DNA of 64,000 bases from Chiloscyllium plagiosum. Taxonomy: Eukaryota. The notes under the pieces are model-generated. The model made no database searches, was not told the origin of the DNA, and saw only the letters and a program-made list of their open reading frames with translations. Of the stretch, positions 38,879 to 52,232 are shown one piece after another. The first letter of the stretch is position 1. Each line of letters begins with the position of its first letter. The translations under genes were made by a program, and so were the position numbers. The stretch spans positions 41,113,318 through 41,177,317 of the forward strand of contig NC_057719.1 in NCBI RefSeq assembly GCF_004010195.1, given 5' to 3'.

Positions 38879-39158
38879 GGGAGGTGTTGGCCCAATGGTA
38901 TTATCACCAGAGTATTAATCCTGGGGTCCCAGGTTCAAATTCTGCCATGGCAGATAGTGGATTGTCAATTGTCAGGAAAGACCCATCTGGTTCACTAATG
39001 TCTTTTAGGGAAAGAAACTGCCATCCTTATCTGGCCAACAAGTGACTCCAGGCCCACAGTAATAAGATTGTCTCTTAAACTGTCCTTGGGTGATTAGTGA
39101 TGTGCAATAAATGCTGGCTTAGCCAGCAACATACACATCCTGTCAATGAATAAAAAAA
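38879..39158 (+). mobile_element. tRNA-derived SINE (SlmI/MetaSINE-like core) with LINE-shared tail
   Basis: A box tggcccaatgg, B box ggttcaaattc, core cccatctggttcactaatgtcttttagggaa, tail gcaataaatgctggc...aatgaataaaaaaa. Confidence 0.75.
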
Positions 39159-40736
39159 GTTGTTTCACTTGTCCTGCACTATCATGAACCAGCTAACAGA
39201 AAACCCCATCCTTTTAGTTAATCCTCTTTCTATGCCTGTTTGGACTTCCTTATCAGTGGGTTGGTGGTTGTTGGGCTTGCAGTAATGAAGCTGCTTACTG
39301 ATGTCCATTCAATCAGTTGAAGCTGTGTCTGGTCCTCTTTCAAGTTAGAGGGATGTGATGAAACCACACTTGTGTCAGCCTCACTGGTTGTGGTTTGGAT
39401 TTCATAATTGCATTAGTGACACTCTGCTGGATCTTAGTCAGAATGTCATAGGGAATTGGGTCAGAATGCTGCTTTTGACTTGGAATGTGGGCACAGCTCT
39501 CTGCAGCTGAACCATGGCTGAGCTTCCAAATAAGCACACCTTCCCTACAACTTGAACTGTACTAGGCTGCTGTAAAGCTAATACACATTGAGTGCATGGA
39601 GCAAGATCAGAAACTCCTGGGATCAATCTGCAAACCTGTAATATGCTGCTCAAAGGCATCACCATATGTGCTTTCCAATGATGCCTCGATAGCTCTTAAT
39701 ACATTTGACTCATTCGTCATTGGTATTGTCAACTACACTACCTCCAATGAAGTATTGATCAAGTTATCATCTACCAAAAATCCCAAGCTATGAAAAATGT
39801 GATTGAGGCAAGATAGGGAGAGCTCAATGTAACCATTGCAGGGGATATCCAATCCCTGTGAAGTTGAGGCCCAGATGAGGGAAGAAATCTTAATCAGCTC
39901 CCAACCATCAATGATGATGAATATCTGACACCTCCATTTCTGCCTCAATTAGGCATGACGGTTTTATCTTTCAACAAATTTCACATTCACTGTGGGGTAC
40001 CTCTCTATCAATCTACATTAGACTGAGATTTTCCTGAAGGAACCATGTCTCCCAACTGGCTCTCTGTGTTAGGATCAAGTAACACCAAAAGAAAGGAAGA
40101 TCATTGCTCTGGGTAGGGTGTCTGTGCCTGATGGCAATGATGATCTTGATTTGAAGAGCCCAATTCTGTCACAATTCCAATACCTCTTTGGAACATTCCT
40201 TGACTGGGCATGCATGTGAAACTTACCATGGAGGTAGCACAGCAAGGACTGGATCTATCCTTGTTGTTACCCTACCTCTTCAGCGTGAGGTTTACACCCC
40301 TGTCCACATTGACAGTCACCTCCCTGAAGATAGCCTCTTACCAGGTCTTAGGAGACCAATCTTTCCTGATCGCCTGGGTATTTTGAGCAAAGAATTGAGG
40401 TTTGTCACTATAGACTCTTCACAACTCTATTTGGAAGTTCTCAATCTCACTGCTTCTGCTATGTGGTTCTTCAGCTGCCCATCCCTGGTTGATTTGAAGG
40501 AGGGATCCAGGAGGATGGTGTGATCAAATAAATTTATCAGCACTGGGGATACAGAGACCTTCAGTTTGCTTATCCTCATAAAACCTCTGTCATAGCTGTG
40601 TCAGACTCCTGCTGTTAGCACCTGAAGGATTCACTATGGACTTCCCCTTGAACATCTGTAGATCTTCCCAATGTTTCCTGACTTGCATTGATATGTGCTC
40701 ACATCCAGTCTTCAATCAGTGGATAATTGGGTGCCT

Positions 40737-40914
40737 GGAATTAGAATTAGGTTTTATTGTCACATGTATCCAAGTGCAAGGATACAGGAGTACAGTGAAA
40801 AGTGTATAAAGTCACCATTCTCCAGTGCCATCTTACGTACAAAGGTACCTAGGTTTCAAAATCTTAGGTATAAAATACAAAATAAAACTTTAAACATTTA
40901 GTATTACAGTCCTT
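40737..40914 (-). mobile_element. 3' fragment of the Rex1-tailed retroposon family
   Basis: Reverse complement reads ctaggtacc...cttttcactgtactc...catgtgacaataaaacctaattctaattc; compare 60158-60257. Confidence 0.6.
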
Positions 40915-40921
40915 CTTAAGT

Positions 40922-41054
40922 AGGAGAAAGTGAGGACTGCAGATGCTGGAGATCAGAGCTGAAAAATGTGTTGTTGGAAAAGCGCAGTAGGTCAGGCAGC
41001 ATCCAAGGAGCAGGAGAATCGACGTTTCGGGCATAAGCCCTTCTTCAGGAAATG
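40922..41054 (-). mobile_element. PLE pLTR mini-insertion with hammerhead (41017-41052)
   Basis: TSD cttaagt at 40915-40921 and 41055-41061; minus strand CTGAAGAagggcttatgcccGAAAcgtc. Confidence 0.85.
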
Positions 41055-43584
41055 CTTAAGTGATTAGCCATAGGCCTAGATCGGGGATCTTCCACCCAAC
41101 GCTGAAATCATTGCCAATATGAGTCCACTCATAAAATTTCAGGCTTTTCCTGATTCTTCCTACTCATCAACAAGACAAATATCAAACCAGGAGTACTGCT
41201 TCCTTCCTTTTTAGTATCAAAGAGATGCACATGGGGAACCTCTGCCTAGGTTTTGGCTTTAAGTCTGATTTCCTCCATTGATGGCTGAGTCTTCAATGAT
41301 ACCAGAGCAGTTTTGGCCTCCCTTGTGGGCATTGCCCGATTCAACTCCTCCACCATCCATTCCATTTCAGCCACAGGCCTTCTGACCTCATTCACCATGA
41401 CATTTACCTATACCTCTGCTGTGAAATCCTGTCAGCTTCACCAGAAAGGAAACATGAGATTTGAGTTCAAAGATGACCCAAAGCTTATAAAGCAGGGATT
41501 CTTTGTTCCATGGCATCAGTTCATTGAAACAAGAAGGGAACTTTAGGTTAAATAGGGAGGGCACAGTGTTTACATAGAATTAAGCCTGTGGTTTATCTGA
41601 TTGTAGAAATCCTTTGTCTGATCCTTCTTGCTGTCAGATCTCCTTCCCCTAATCCTCCAGGGAGTGTTCATTTGACTGCTCCAGCTGTCCTCCTCAATGC
41701 CTTCCTCACTATTGCTATCTGCCTATGGAGGTTCCAGTACAATGCGCCTACAAGTATACATTTTCTATTAGTGTAAATCAGAGAAAACAAAGTAGTTCCA
41801 TTTGATCATCTCAAGTAGTTCAATAAAATTTAATTAACTAGCTTTGATCTAAAACCACTTTGAACAGTTTCAAGGTAAAACAGCTAAAAAGGCTGCCCTA
41901 GTCCTCCACATTGCTTTGTGTTGCAATGTAAACATACACAGCATTCACTTTTCAGACATTGGTACAACAATAAGAGAATATAATGTGGAAGGAGGGCTGA
42001 ATCATAAGCGACTGTAATTATTCAGCCTCACTCCAATGATTCATGCAAGATGAAATAGATACATTTTAACATAAGGTAAAACATGTAGCTCTATAATTGT
42101 AGATTAGAATGAGAGAAGGGATCTTTCAGAACCAGAAACAAATTTACTTGCAAGAAACAACTCAACAAATTGCAGAGTATAGCTTCAGTGTTCAGAGATT
42201 AAAAGCGTAGACATGGCATTTGAAGAACAAACAACAATTTGTGAGATAATTATGTTCAAAAATAAACTCCACTAAACAGGAGATAAAAAATGTTATACCT
42301 TCTAACTTGAATCCTAAAAAATGTCACAAAGTTCTGGAGAGTAGACAGGGTGTGTAACATTTAAAATATCAGAGAAAAAAATATTTCTCTCAAGCTGTTC
42401 CTTATTGGATTGTTTCCTCATGTTTGTCATGAGCACTTAGAATGTACATTTAGAGGACTGGTGAAGTAACTACCAAGATTAAACTTGCTGCACCTACATT
42501 CAATATTATACACACCAAACATGCTTTCCACCATCAAGCCAAGAACATCTAGAAAACTATGGCACAATAATTGAGGCCTTACATCTGTTTAATGATACCT
42601 ATCCTTTATAAAGCACCTTTAATATCAAAAATATCTGTCAGTGCTTGCCTTGAGAAGACAGATTGAGGCCAGTCAGTGACGTGTTAAAGAGACTGAACCA
42701 CTAAAATTGGTGGGCTTCTCATTCCAGCCCTTGGATAGGCTGACCACTTCTTGGATAAATCCTCAGGAGATGGCCAAACCTCTACTTTGTCTGAAATTTC
42801 CCTGCTGCTACTTTGCATAACAATTGTACACAACAGCTTGGACATTGGTCCACTATATGTGGAACACCTTTATTATACATGTAGTTTACATTTAGATGTT
42901 CAAATGCCCCATATGTTGGAAGTCATTGTGGGTGATCAGACTGCCAAGAGCTCTCTGTGCGTGACAAGGTTTGTCTACCCAATACAGCATTCATATCTTT
43001 ATATGCTGTTCCTTTATACTCTTTTTCATTAAGGCCCTGTGATATATAAAGTCAGAATTTTTGACTGGTTTGAAATTACCACACTACCCTCGGTTGGCTT
43101 ATACATTTTTTCTCAAGACATTCTCCTTGTCAAAGTTCCAAAGTCCAGCCTGAACAGTCAGTTTGACTCCACTTGTTAACTCAAGAACTGTTTTTAATTT
43201 CCAGGCTGGGATGGACAGACAGGCATTTCATTAAGTTCTACAAATAAAGGGATCTGTATCTTTTACATGATGCAAGTCCTTTTGCACAGGAATGATTTGT
43301 TTTTGCAGAACATGCTTATTTTTACAAGAATCTGAGTTGACCAAATTAACAATCATGCATCTCTCATGCCCATACAGTTTTTATGTGTTTTTGGTCTCAA
43401 GTCCTTCTTTTCATCTTGATATCTTATGTCCTTCCCCCATGAGACAAATGCTGCACACTGGGTATTATCACAACTGGTGTACATACATGAATATAGAAAT
43501 ACGTTGCACAGTTAAAAGATAGGATTAGTTAATAATGTATTCTCAGTCTTACGAGACTCCTTAGGTGAGCTACTCTTTAGGTGT

Positions 43585-43687
43585 AGAAACAAAAATGAAA
43601 TGAATGGTAAAGCTCAACTGGTCTGGCAGCATCTGTGGAGAGAAATCTGAATTAATGTTTCGAGTCAGGTGACCCTTCTTCAGAATT
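43585..43687 (-). mobile_element. Old PLE pLTR fragment with hammerhead-like core
   Basis: Minus strand aatt-CTGAAGA-agggtcacctgactc-GAAAcatt-aatt. Confidence 0.6.
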
Positions 43688-45049
43688 GACAATAAAGGAT
43701 GGGAAGAGGAACCATTGCTGGAGAAGCATTGGTGGTATTTAATCAGGCAGGATTAGAACACTGTGATTGTAGACCCAGGGTTTCGAACAACAGGGGAAAG
43801 ACAATGAAGGTGAATTATGTGGCCAAATCTATTGATCATTGAATGGTATTTAACTAGACTGAAAACAGAGGTTGATTGAATCACTTGTACAGCAAGATTA
43901 ACAATTTTATCATAATTACCATTTTCTTTAATAATTGTATAGATATTTTCTACAAAGCAAGGAAAACATCAATAAGAAGAAGAATCCTAAAAAAAATGCA
44001 CATTCAAAAAGATCATGCCACTATCAATAAAACCTCCAAGGCTACAGTTAAACTGTCAGCTGTATTCATTCTCTTACCTCCACTTCTATGAAATAACAGC
44101 TGTAATATCCTTCAAGATGAAAGTGAAATTCTTGGCACAAGTTAACAATTTCAAAATGGTGGGGGCCATACTTGGTTCATAATTTTTAGGAAACATAAGG
44201 CAAGTAATAGACTTAAGGAGTCTTAATCTGGTAGAACGACTTAAAAGCTTAAATAAAATTTTATTCTCCATTAAATAAAGCTCATAATGTACAAGATTAA
44301 AGTTGATTTTCTGTAATCTTTCAACAGCTGGACTTAGCCAAAAGTTCCCATAACAGGAAGCCAAGTGTACTTAATTTATAGAGGAAAGGAGAAGACAATT
44401 GGCATTCTCCATACACAAAAGAGATACAGGCTGGGCACCCACAACAAATTAAATCCAGACTGACCTTACTGCCTCTTTCAATGAGACCTTGGAAGACAAG
44501 TCTCACCAAGGCAGATTCTGAATGCCTATCATTTCCACCAGAGATCTCAAATAATGTGGAAGCTTTCAGTTTTCCTTATTATTTGTGTTTACTTAGTAAC
44601 ACTATAATATCTTAAGAATCTATTTATGACAAGGATGTTTTTCATGAAATATTTCAAATTGCTGTAAGCCACAGCTATATTTCAAAACACATTTTACAGT
44701 GAATAATAATATGTGTTTTTTGAGCCTGACCACTTAAGGAATCCTAAGTCAGCAGGCTCATTTCTGCTTAGTTTCTAAGGGAGATGAAATCTGACATTGT
44801 CTCTAATTTACATTAGTAAGATAAAAGAATGTCCGTTTTAAATAGTTGCATCAGGAACACCTGAGAAATGGCTTAACATAGTCCTGTGTTGCACAAAGAG
44901 ATAAAGAAAGAGTAGAGAAGATTGGAAGAAAAGGCCTTAAGCATCTCAGCATAAAACCATGAAGCTGTCAGAAATAACAATAGTCTTCCGGTTTATTGCG
45001 GTCCATTGTTCAGCTACCCTAACCCACATCATCGCAACCAAACATGTTT

Positions 45050-45475
45050 CTTCTTGTTTCAGTCTCAGAACATGGACGTCTTTGGTTTGGCCAGCATCCA
45101 TTGTCCATTTCTAATTTCCATTGTTGAACTACTGTAATCCCTTATCACAGAGGTTTTGACAAAACTAAAGGGTTAGCGGCTAAGCCATTTCAGAGAGCAG
45201 TAAGGGTCAATCAGATTATTGTGAGTCTGGGGCCAAATTGGACATACCTGAAAATATGTGCCTTGTGCTAAAGTACCCTGTGAACCATTTGGGTTTTATG
45301 ACAATCCAATAGTTTGGTAGTCACTGTTATTGAGGTGAACACTTTATTCCAGATTTATTTAATTAACTGAATTTAAAATTTTCAGTGGCCCTTGTGCAAT
45401 TTGAAATAGCTCATCCAGATTATTGATTTAAATCTCTGGAATATTCTCAGTACATAACCATTGTGTTACTGTACA
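45050..45475 (-). mobile_element. Decayed tRNA-SINE of the 38879 family
   Basis: ggccagcatccattgtcc tail, gtgaaccatttgggttt core, head remnants. Confidence 0.55.
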
Positions 45476-46471
45476 TCGAAGAGTGCAATGGTTTTATCTC
45501 TAATTCGCTGCCTGACAGATCACATCTATCAAAAATATAAATTAAAGCTCAAAGAACAGGGTATGCGAGGTTTTATTGCTTAATTCACATAGGTAGTTGC
45601 AGTGGGGAAACATTCAATGTGATGTTACTATCTGTAACATTGCAACATAACAAGATTCTGTTTTTTAATTCAACCAACTACAAATGCAAAGAATGAGGTT
45701 AAATCTAGTCCTGTGTAATTTCAAGTAATTTCATCAGAATATGCTAATGCTGCAATAAACAGATATCACAAATATCTGAAATTAGAATTTAAATGAGATC
45801 TGCTTCATGCTAAATGGTATTGGGGATTCGAGTTCACATGTGAACTGAAAACACACAGAAGAGACACTGTTCTACCAGTAAATCATGTGCAGAGAAACTA
45901 ACTCATGATTGAATCGAATATTTGAATAATGATTGCACATCTTCAGAAAATACAATGTCTGTCTCATTGCCTTAGATTCAAAATTCTATCTTGTGCCCAA
46001 CAGGAATAGCAGTAAATAATGGCCCTGCTGACTAATACATACTTTGTTCATTGGATCCAATCCAATCAAAATTTAAATTTACTAAGGTATGCTTAGAAAG
46101 GCCAAATTATTTCGAGACAGCAAACTTTTATTAAAAAAAATGGCCTTGTTCTGGAAAAGATAGGTAGTAAAACTGAAGCCATACCAATAATTTTGGTTTC
46201 TGTGCTTTGACCGAACTCAGTTTTTAACATGCATCAGATTTTATGATTAAAGGCCATGCTTAGTGGACAGGACTTTTCAGTATGGTTTATAATAATGATC
46301 CAAATGGATTTAAAAGATGGGAATGTTTTAATGCTGTATACATCAAAGTAAAGGATAATTGAAAAGTGCAGTTTTGTCTGAGAAGTAGTTCTTCAGGGCA
46401 GAATTTAATGCTGTCCTTGAAAATAGGTAGGAAGTGGGGAGTGGGGAATATTTGGTGGGACCCTGTCACCT

Positions 46472-46571
46472 CCCCCATTCCTGAAGAAGGGCTTATGCCC
46501 GAAATGTCGGTTCTCCTGTTCCTTGGATGCTGCCTGACCTGCTGCGCTTTTCCAGCAACACATTTTCAGCT
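46472..46571 (+). mobile_element. PLE pLTR mini-insertion with hammerhead (46477-46512)
   Basis: TSD ctgtcacct at 46463-46471 and 46572-46580. Confidence 0.8.
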
Positions 46572-47066
46572 CTGTCACCTTCCAGACTCCTTCAGTTAAG
46601 CCTGTGGCAGGAAGGGTTGAGGGTGACTTTCAAGCCCAGAAATCAATTGCAGCTGTTAAGGGGGTCACTTAGAGGCCCACCACTGGGCCATTGTTGCGGG
46701 GGCAACTTGCCAGCCTGTAGACTGATGGTCAGGGGTAACCCTCTGATGTGAGTGGGCCATGCTGCTTCTGGCAGCAAGAGCAAGATCCCCATCTGATTTA
46801 ACACTACCCTCCATTACTAGGACCTCCACAAATGGTTCCTGTGAGATCCCTTCACTCACCATCACTCCTGTCTCCAACAATGACCTGGCAGCATAGACCT
46901 ACGGCAATACTGGCATTGCCCCTGCTTCTGATGTCACTGCAGCTCTCAAAAGCAAGAAACTCCCATTGACCATGATAAGGACCCCAACAACCAACCAGGT
47001 AAGTGCCTGTTTGGCAATAAATTGAGTCAAATTGGCGGGTGGCATTGCGAATGGCATGAAATGACC

Positions 47067-47197
47067 ATTTTTATCTCTCCACCCCTGAGCATCCCAGCTT
47101 TATTCTTGATGGAGGGCTCCTGCCTGAAACGTCGATTCTCCTGCTCCTCGGTTGCTCCATGACCTGTTGTGCTTTTCCAGCAACACACACTCTCGAC
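47067..47197 (+). mobile_element. PLE pLTR mini-insertion, degenerate hammerhead
   Basis: TSD catgaaatgacc at 47055-47066 and 47198-47209. Confidence 0.8.
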
Positions 47198-48040
47198 CAT
47201 GAAATGACCCCAGTTGTGTTAGCATTGACTCTTCAGCCGCTAGGCAGGCCCACTGCCACAAGCCCTTAAATTCTGCTCACAATTCGTAATCACAAATAAT
47301 ATAGGTGAAAATATGCACAAAAGACACAAGTATTTCTGATATACTGTATTCTGAAATAACATGCTACATAAAAGATAACTATGTAATTCCAGATAAAACA
47401 GTAACATTGGATGCAAAAAAAGACACTTGAAAATCTAATTTTTTCGTGTCACGCTTCAATGTCTATGGAATACATAAAGATCTAATATATTCAGCACATT
47501 GTGTGGATGAGAAACACTATAGAATTCTCTGCAATGGTAACAAGTACAGGTTTCCAGCTTGTCAAATGAAAGATAGTTCAAAAATATATTTTCAACACAT
47601 GATTTCACACAACATCATTCTGCTCCCCTTCTACATTGTCGCAAATTTCATCTTGTGCAAGTACTGGTTCAGATCCCAGAAACTATCATCTTGTCTAGGA
47701 TATCATCAATGGAGATAATATGTTGCAGTTGCTTCTGCTACAGTCAGCAATAATATCAATCAACTGTAGAACAATCTCCAATCTTACAGTTCAGAAGCAA
47801 AATGCAATGCTCTGATCAAAATGGACCAAAGCTGCTGAATCCAGTGAAGGCAGCAAATTATCGCCAGCAAAGTAAAAGAAAAGAAACATAGACAAAAAAT
47901 GATCACGAATAGACCATTTTGCCTACTGAGCTTGCTTCACCATTCAAAATGAACATGACTGGCCTTCAATCACAATACAATACTCCCACTCTCCCCTGTT
48001 AACCCTTGACACGATTAGCATCCAGAAATTTCTCTGTTTC

Positions 48041-49121
48041 AATAGACAATAGGTGCAGGAGTAGGCCATTCTGCCCTTCGAGCCTGCACCACCATTCAAT
48101 ATGATCATGGCTGATCATCCTTAATCAGTATCTTGTTCCTGCCTTATCTCCATAACCCTTGATTCCACTATCCTTGAGAGTTCTATCCAACTCTTTCTGA
48201 AATGAATCCAGAGACTGGGCCNNNNNNNNNNNNNNNNNNNNNNNNNNNNNNNNNNNNNNNNNNNNNNNNNNNNNNNNNNNNNNNNNNNNNNNNNNNNNNN
48301 NNNNNNNNNNNNNNNNNNNNNNNNNNNNNNNNNNNNNNNNNNNNNNNNNNNNNNNNNNNNNNNNNNNNNNNNNNNNNNNNNNNNNNNNNNNNNNNNNNNN
48401 NNNNNNNNNNNNNNNNNNNNNNNNNNNNNNNNNNNNNNNNNNNNNNNNNNNNNNNNNNNNNNNNNNNNNNNNNNNNNNNNNNNNNNNNNNNNNNNNNNNN
48501 NNNNNNNNNNNNNNNNNNNNNNNNNNNNNNNNNNNNNNNNNNNNNNNNNNNNNNNNNNNNNNNNNNNNNNNNNNNNNNNNNNNNNNNNNNNNNNNNNNNN
48601 NNNNNNNNNNNNNNNNNNNNNNNNNNNNNNNNNNNNNNNNNNNNNNNNNNNNNNNNNNNNNNNNNNNNNNNNNNNNNNNNNNNNNNNNNNNNNNNNNNNN
48701 NNNNNNNNNNNNNNNNNNNNNNNNNNNNNNNNNNNNNNNNNNNNNNNNNNNNNNNNNNNNNNNNNNNNNNNNNNNNNNNNNNNNNNNNNNNNNNNNNNNN
48801 NNNNNNNNNNNNNNNNNNNNNNNNNNNNNNNNNNNNNNNNNNNNNNNNNATCTGCCATGCATCTGACCACTCACCTAACCTGTCCAGGTCACCCTGTAAT
48901 CTCCTAACATCCTCCTCACATTTCACCCTGCCACCCAGCTTAGTATCATCAGCAAATTTGCTAATGTTATTACTAATACCATCTTCTATATCATTAATAT
49001 ACATTGTAAAAAGCTGCGGTCCCAGCACTGATCCCTGCGGTACCCCACTGGTCACTGCCTGCCATTCTGAAATGGAGCCGTTTATCACTACTCTTTGTTT
49101 CCTGTCAGACAACCAACTTTC
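48041..49121 (-). mobile_element. Young CR1, 5'-truncated, containing an N gap
   Basis: WLSDRKQRVVING...SGVPQGSVLGPQLFTMYINDI...KFADDTKLGG. Confidence 0.95.
48222..48849. other. Assembly gap (628 N)
   Basis: Run of N. Confidence 1.
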
Positions 49122-49287
49122 TTTCTTAAACATATTCAGTGACTTGGCCTCCACAGCCTTCTCTGGTGGAGAATTCACCACTGACTGAGTGAAGAAATTT
49201 CTTCTCATTGTTGTCCTAAATGTGAATCTGGAGACCATGAGCCCCTGTTCAGGACCAGTGGAAAAATTACTCTTGCATCAGGTCGAT

Positions 49288-49500
49288 TAAATGTGGAACT
49301 GGAAAGGCACAGCAGGTCAGGCAGCATCAGATGAGCAGGAAAGTCAATGGTTTGGGTAGGGACCCCTCAGTCCTGATGAAAAATCCTGACCCGAAACATC
49401 GACATTCCCGCTCTTCTGATGCTGCCGGACTTGCTATGCCTTTCCAGCTCCACGTTTTATCAATTCTGACTTCTAGCATCTGCAGTCCTCACTACCTCCC
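49288..49500. mobile_element. Inverted PLE pLTR pair (diverged hairpin)
   Basis: gtggaactggaaaggcacagcagg... versus ...ttgctatgcctttccagctccac; gtcCTGATGA...GAAAcatcgac at 49370-49403. Confidence 0.7.
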
Positions 49501-49999
49501 AAACCCTGCATCCAGTCTGCCCAGCCCTGTCAGAATTTAATGCATTTCAATAATATCCCTTCCATCCTTCTAAACTGTAGTGAATACAATCCCAGTCAAC
49601 TCAATCTCTTCTCATACATCAAAGCTCCAGCCAAGGAATCAGTCAGTGAATCTTCACCACATGCCCTCAATGGAAAGCTTATCTTTTTTTATGTAAAGAG
49701 GGCAAACTTCCACACAATACTCCCGGTGTGGTGTCTCCAAGGTCCTGTAGATCTGCACGAAGGCTACATTGCTCTAACACAAACCTTCTTACAATGAACG
49801 CTAACAAACCATTTGTCTTCCTTACTATTTGCTGCATCTGAAGCTTGATTTTAGTGATTGAGGTACAAAGAAACACATGTTCTTTCATAAATCAACATTT
49901 CCTAATCTATTATCAGTCTAAGAATTTAATTCACAGAATGTGGGCATCACTGGCAAGGCCAGCATATACAGTATATATCATCCCTAATTCATTCTCAAA

Positions 50000-50796
50000 G
50001 ATTTAGACCAGTTGGAAAGATGGCCAAAGAAACGACAAATGGAGTTTAATCTGGACAAGTGTGAAGTGATGCATTTTGGTGGGCCAATACAAGAGGAAAG
50101 TTTACAGGACCCTTGGGAGCCTTGGTATACAGAAGAATTTTGGGGTTCCAGTCAATCGCTCCCAGAAAGTGAAGAAGGTGGTAAAGAAAGCATTGGCATG
50201 CTTGCGTTCATTGCTTGGGGCATAGAGTATAGAAGATGGCAAGTGAAGGTTGCAGCTGTATAATACTTTAGTTAGGCCACGTTTGGAGTATTGTGTGCAG
50301 TTCGGTTCACCACATTATAGGAAGGATGTGGAGGCTTAGGAGAGGGTGCAAATGATGTTAACCAGAATGTTGCCTGATTAGGAGTGTTAGTAGCTATAAA
50401 GAGAGATTGGATAAACTTAGATTGTTTTCACTAGAGCATCAGAAGCTAAACGGTGACCTGATAGAAATATGTAAAATTATGAGAGACTGGGGTAGATAGT
50501 CGGAATCTTTTTCCCAAGGTGGAAATATCAAATACTCACGGGCAGAGGTTTAAGGTGAAGGGGGGTGGGGAGAAGTTTAAAAGAGATGTCTGGGGCAAGA
50601 TTTTTACACAGAGAATGATACCTTCCTCAAATGCGCTGTTAAGGGAGGTGAAAGAAGCAGAGAGAAGGCAGGGAATAGAGGGATACAGACCATGTGCAGG
50701 CAGATGAGATTAGTTTAGAATGGCATCATGGTCTAGACATGGTAGGCTGAAGGGCCTGTTCCTGTGCTGTACTGCCCTATGTTTCTATGTTCTATG
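50000..50796 (+). mobile_element. CR1 LINE 3' part
   Basis: QMEFNLDKCEVMHFG; GMLAFIAWGIEYR; (ttctatg)n tail. Confidence 0.9.
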
Positions 50797-51030
50797 ATGC
50801 CTTGAGAATGGTTGTGTTGTCATGAGAAGAGAATCACTCAGGGCTGACGTTCAGTAAACAGATGTCTGACCTTTATGGCCACAGTCACAATTAGAGCTGC
50901 GGAACAAATGGTAACATTTTCCAAGCCTCAACTCAAGCAGTTGAGGGCTATCCAGATTTTCCATAGACCATTGAAACTCAGAACTTCACCATTAGGGTCA
51001 GTTACCTCCTGCCTGATATAGCCACAGGTT

Positions 51031-51618
51031 GGGCAGAAATCCTACCCATGATCTACTGGCCATTCAGTGGCCAACAGATCTCCAATACTGGAAGAACACC
51101 ATTGGATAGTAACAATTGCCAGTGTGACAGTGGGGCCTGCAGGAGAGATCATCACAGGATCCCCAGATGAAGGTAGGTGTGGTCAGGTCAATAGAGAGTG
51201 GGTTCCCAGTGAGTCAGGTCAGAAGCAAGGGCAGGAGTTGGTTTCCTGCAGGAGCGCCTTCCTGGCATCCAAGGTTCCTCAATCAAGCACCAAGTGCCCA
51301 GGAATGAGAAAATCTCAAAGAAGGCTGCTGACAAATCTGACATGTCCTGCTGGGTGATCTCCACAGATGGCAAGCCCTTCACCATTCACTGGTTGAATAC
51401 AAGTGGTAGTTGGTTGAGGGCCATAAGGGGTTCTCAAATGGCTAATTCAGGAAGTCAATTGACATCTACATAGAAAGTTCCTCAGCAAGCCTTCCCACTT
51501 CAGATTTTACACAAGGGAAGTAAGAAAGCATTCCATCTCAAGCCCATTCCTCTCACCTGATGTCACAGTTTCCCTAGCCCCCAGACTTCCACTTCTGTGG
51601 GGAGGAGGGATTCTGCTC
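51031..51618. mobile_element. Possible Harbinger-like MITE
   Basis: Ends gggcagaaatcc / ggattctgctc resemble the TIRs of 46396-47278. Confidence 0.35.
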
Positions 51619-51940
51619 AATGCCATTTGAGTAGAGAGACTGAAGGAAGAGCTGTCCAGTCTGTCCTTGAGAGTTGCTGACAGCTATGACAAAATACAGC
51701 TTTCACAGAAAGCTAATGGCATTTAAAGCTCAGTGGTATTTGAAAGCCCGATACAATCAAATGAAATACATGGCCAAACATATGATGGCTACTGCATGCC
51801 ATGAGCAATCTCTGCATCAATAGCACAATGATAAAACCTATGACTAATCAATTGTATAACATTATAAAGTCCTTCAGCAAGTTTTAAATTACATGCTGAG
51901 ACAAGTCTGTTGCCAATCAATAAGATCATGGCTGATCTGT

Positions 51941-52232
51941 GGGCAGTTCAAAACTAGGGGGCATATATTAAAGATGAGAGGAGTAAGATTTAAAAAGGAC
52001 ATGTGAGGCAACTTTTCTATGCAGAGTGGTTTGTGTGTGAAATGAACTTCCAGAGGAAGTGGTAGATGCAGGTACAGTTACAATGTTTAAAAGACTTTGG
52101 GATAAGATTATGAATAAAAGGGTTTGGAGGGATATGAGCCAAGTGCAGGCAGCTGGGATTAGTTTAGTTTGGGTCCATGGTCAGCATGGATTGATTGGAC
52201 CGAAGGGTCTGTTTCTGTGCTGTATAACTCTA
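51941..52232 (+). mobile_element. CR1 3' end fragment
   Basis: ELPEEVVDAGTVTMFKRL; ggaccgaagggtctgtttctgtgctgta. Confidence 0.85.

Larger units (their letters stand above)
46396..47278. mobile_element. Harbinger-like MITE containing two PLE insertions
   Basis: TIRs gggcagaatttaa / ttaaattctgctc; flanks tca / aca. Confidence 0.6.
47890..49915 (-). mobile_element. Old CR1 (47890-48040 plus 49122-49915) split by a young CR1 and a PLE hairpin
   Basis: The 3' UTR resumes after the young copy with RRNFFTQSVVN..EKAVEAKSLNMFK; KTNGLLAFI. Confidence 0.7.

Noticed and set aside
48121..49238. Long ORFs of 249-351 aa
   Set aside because: They are open only because they cross the N gap; the real residues are CR1 RT.
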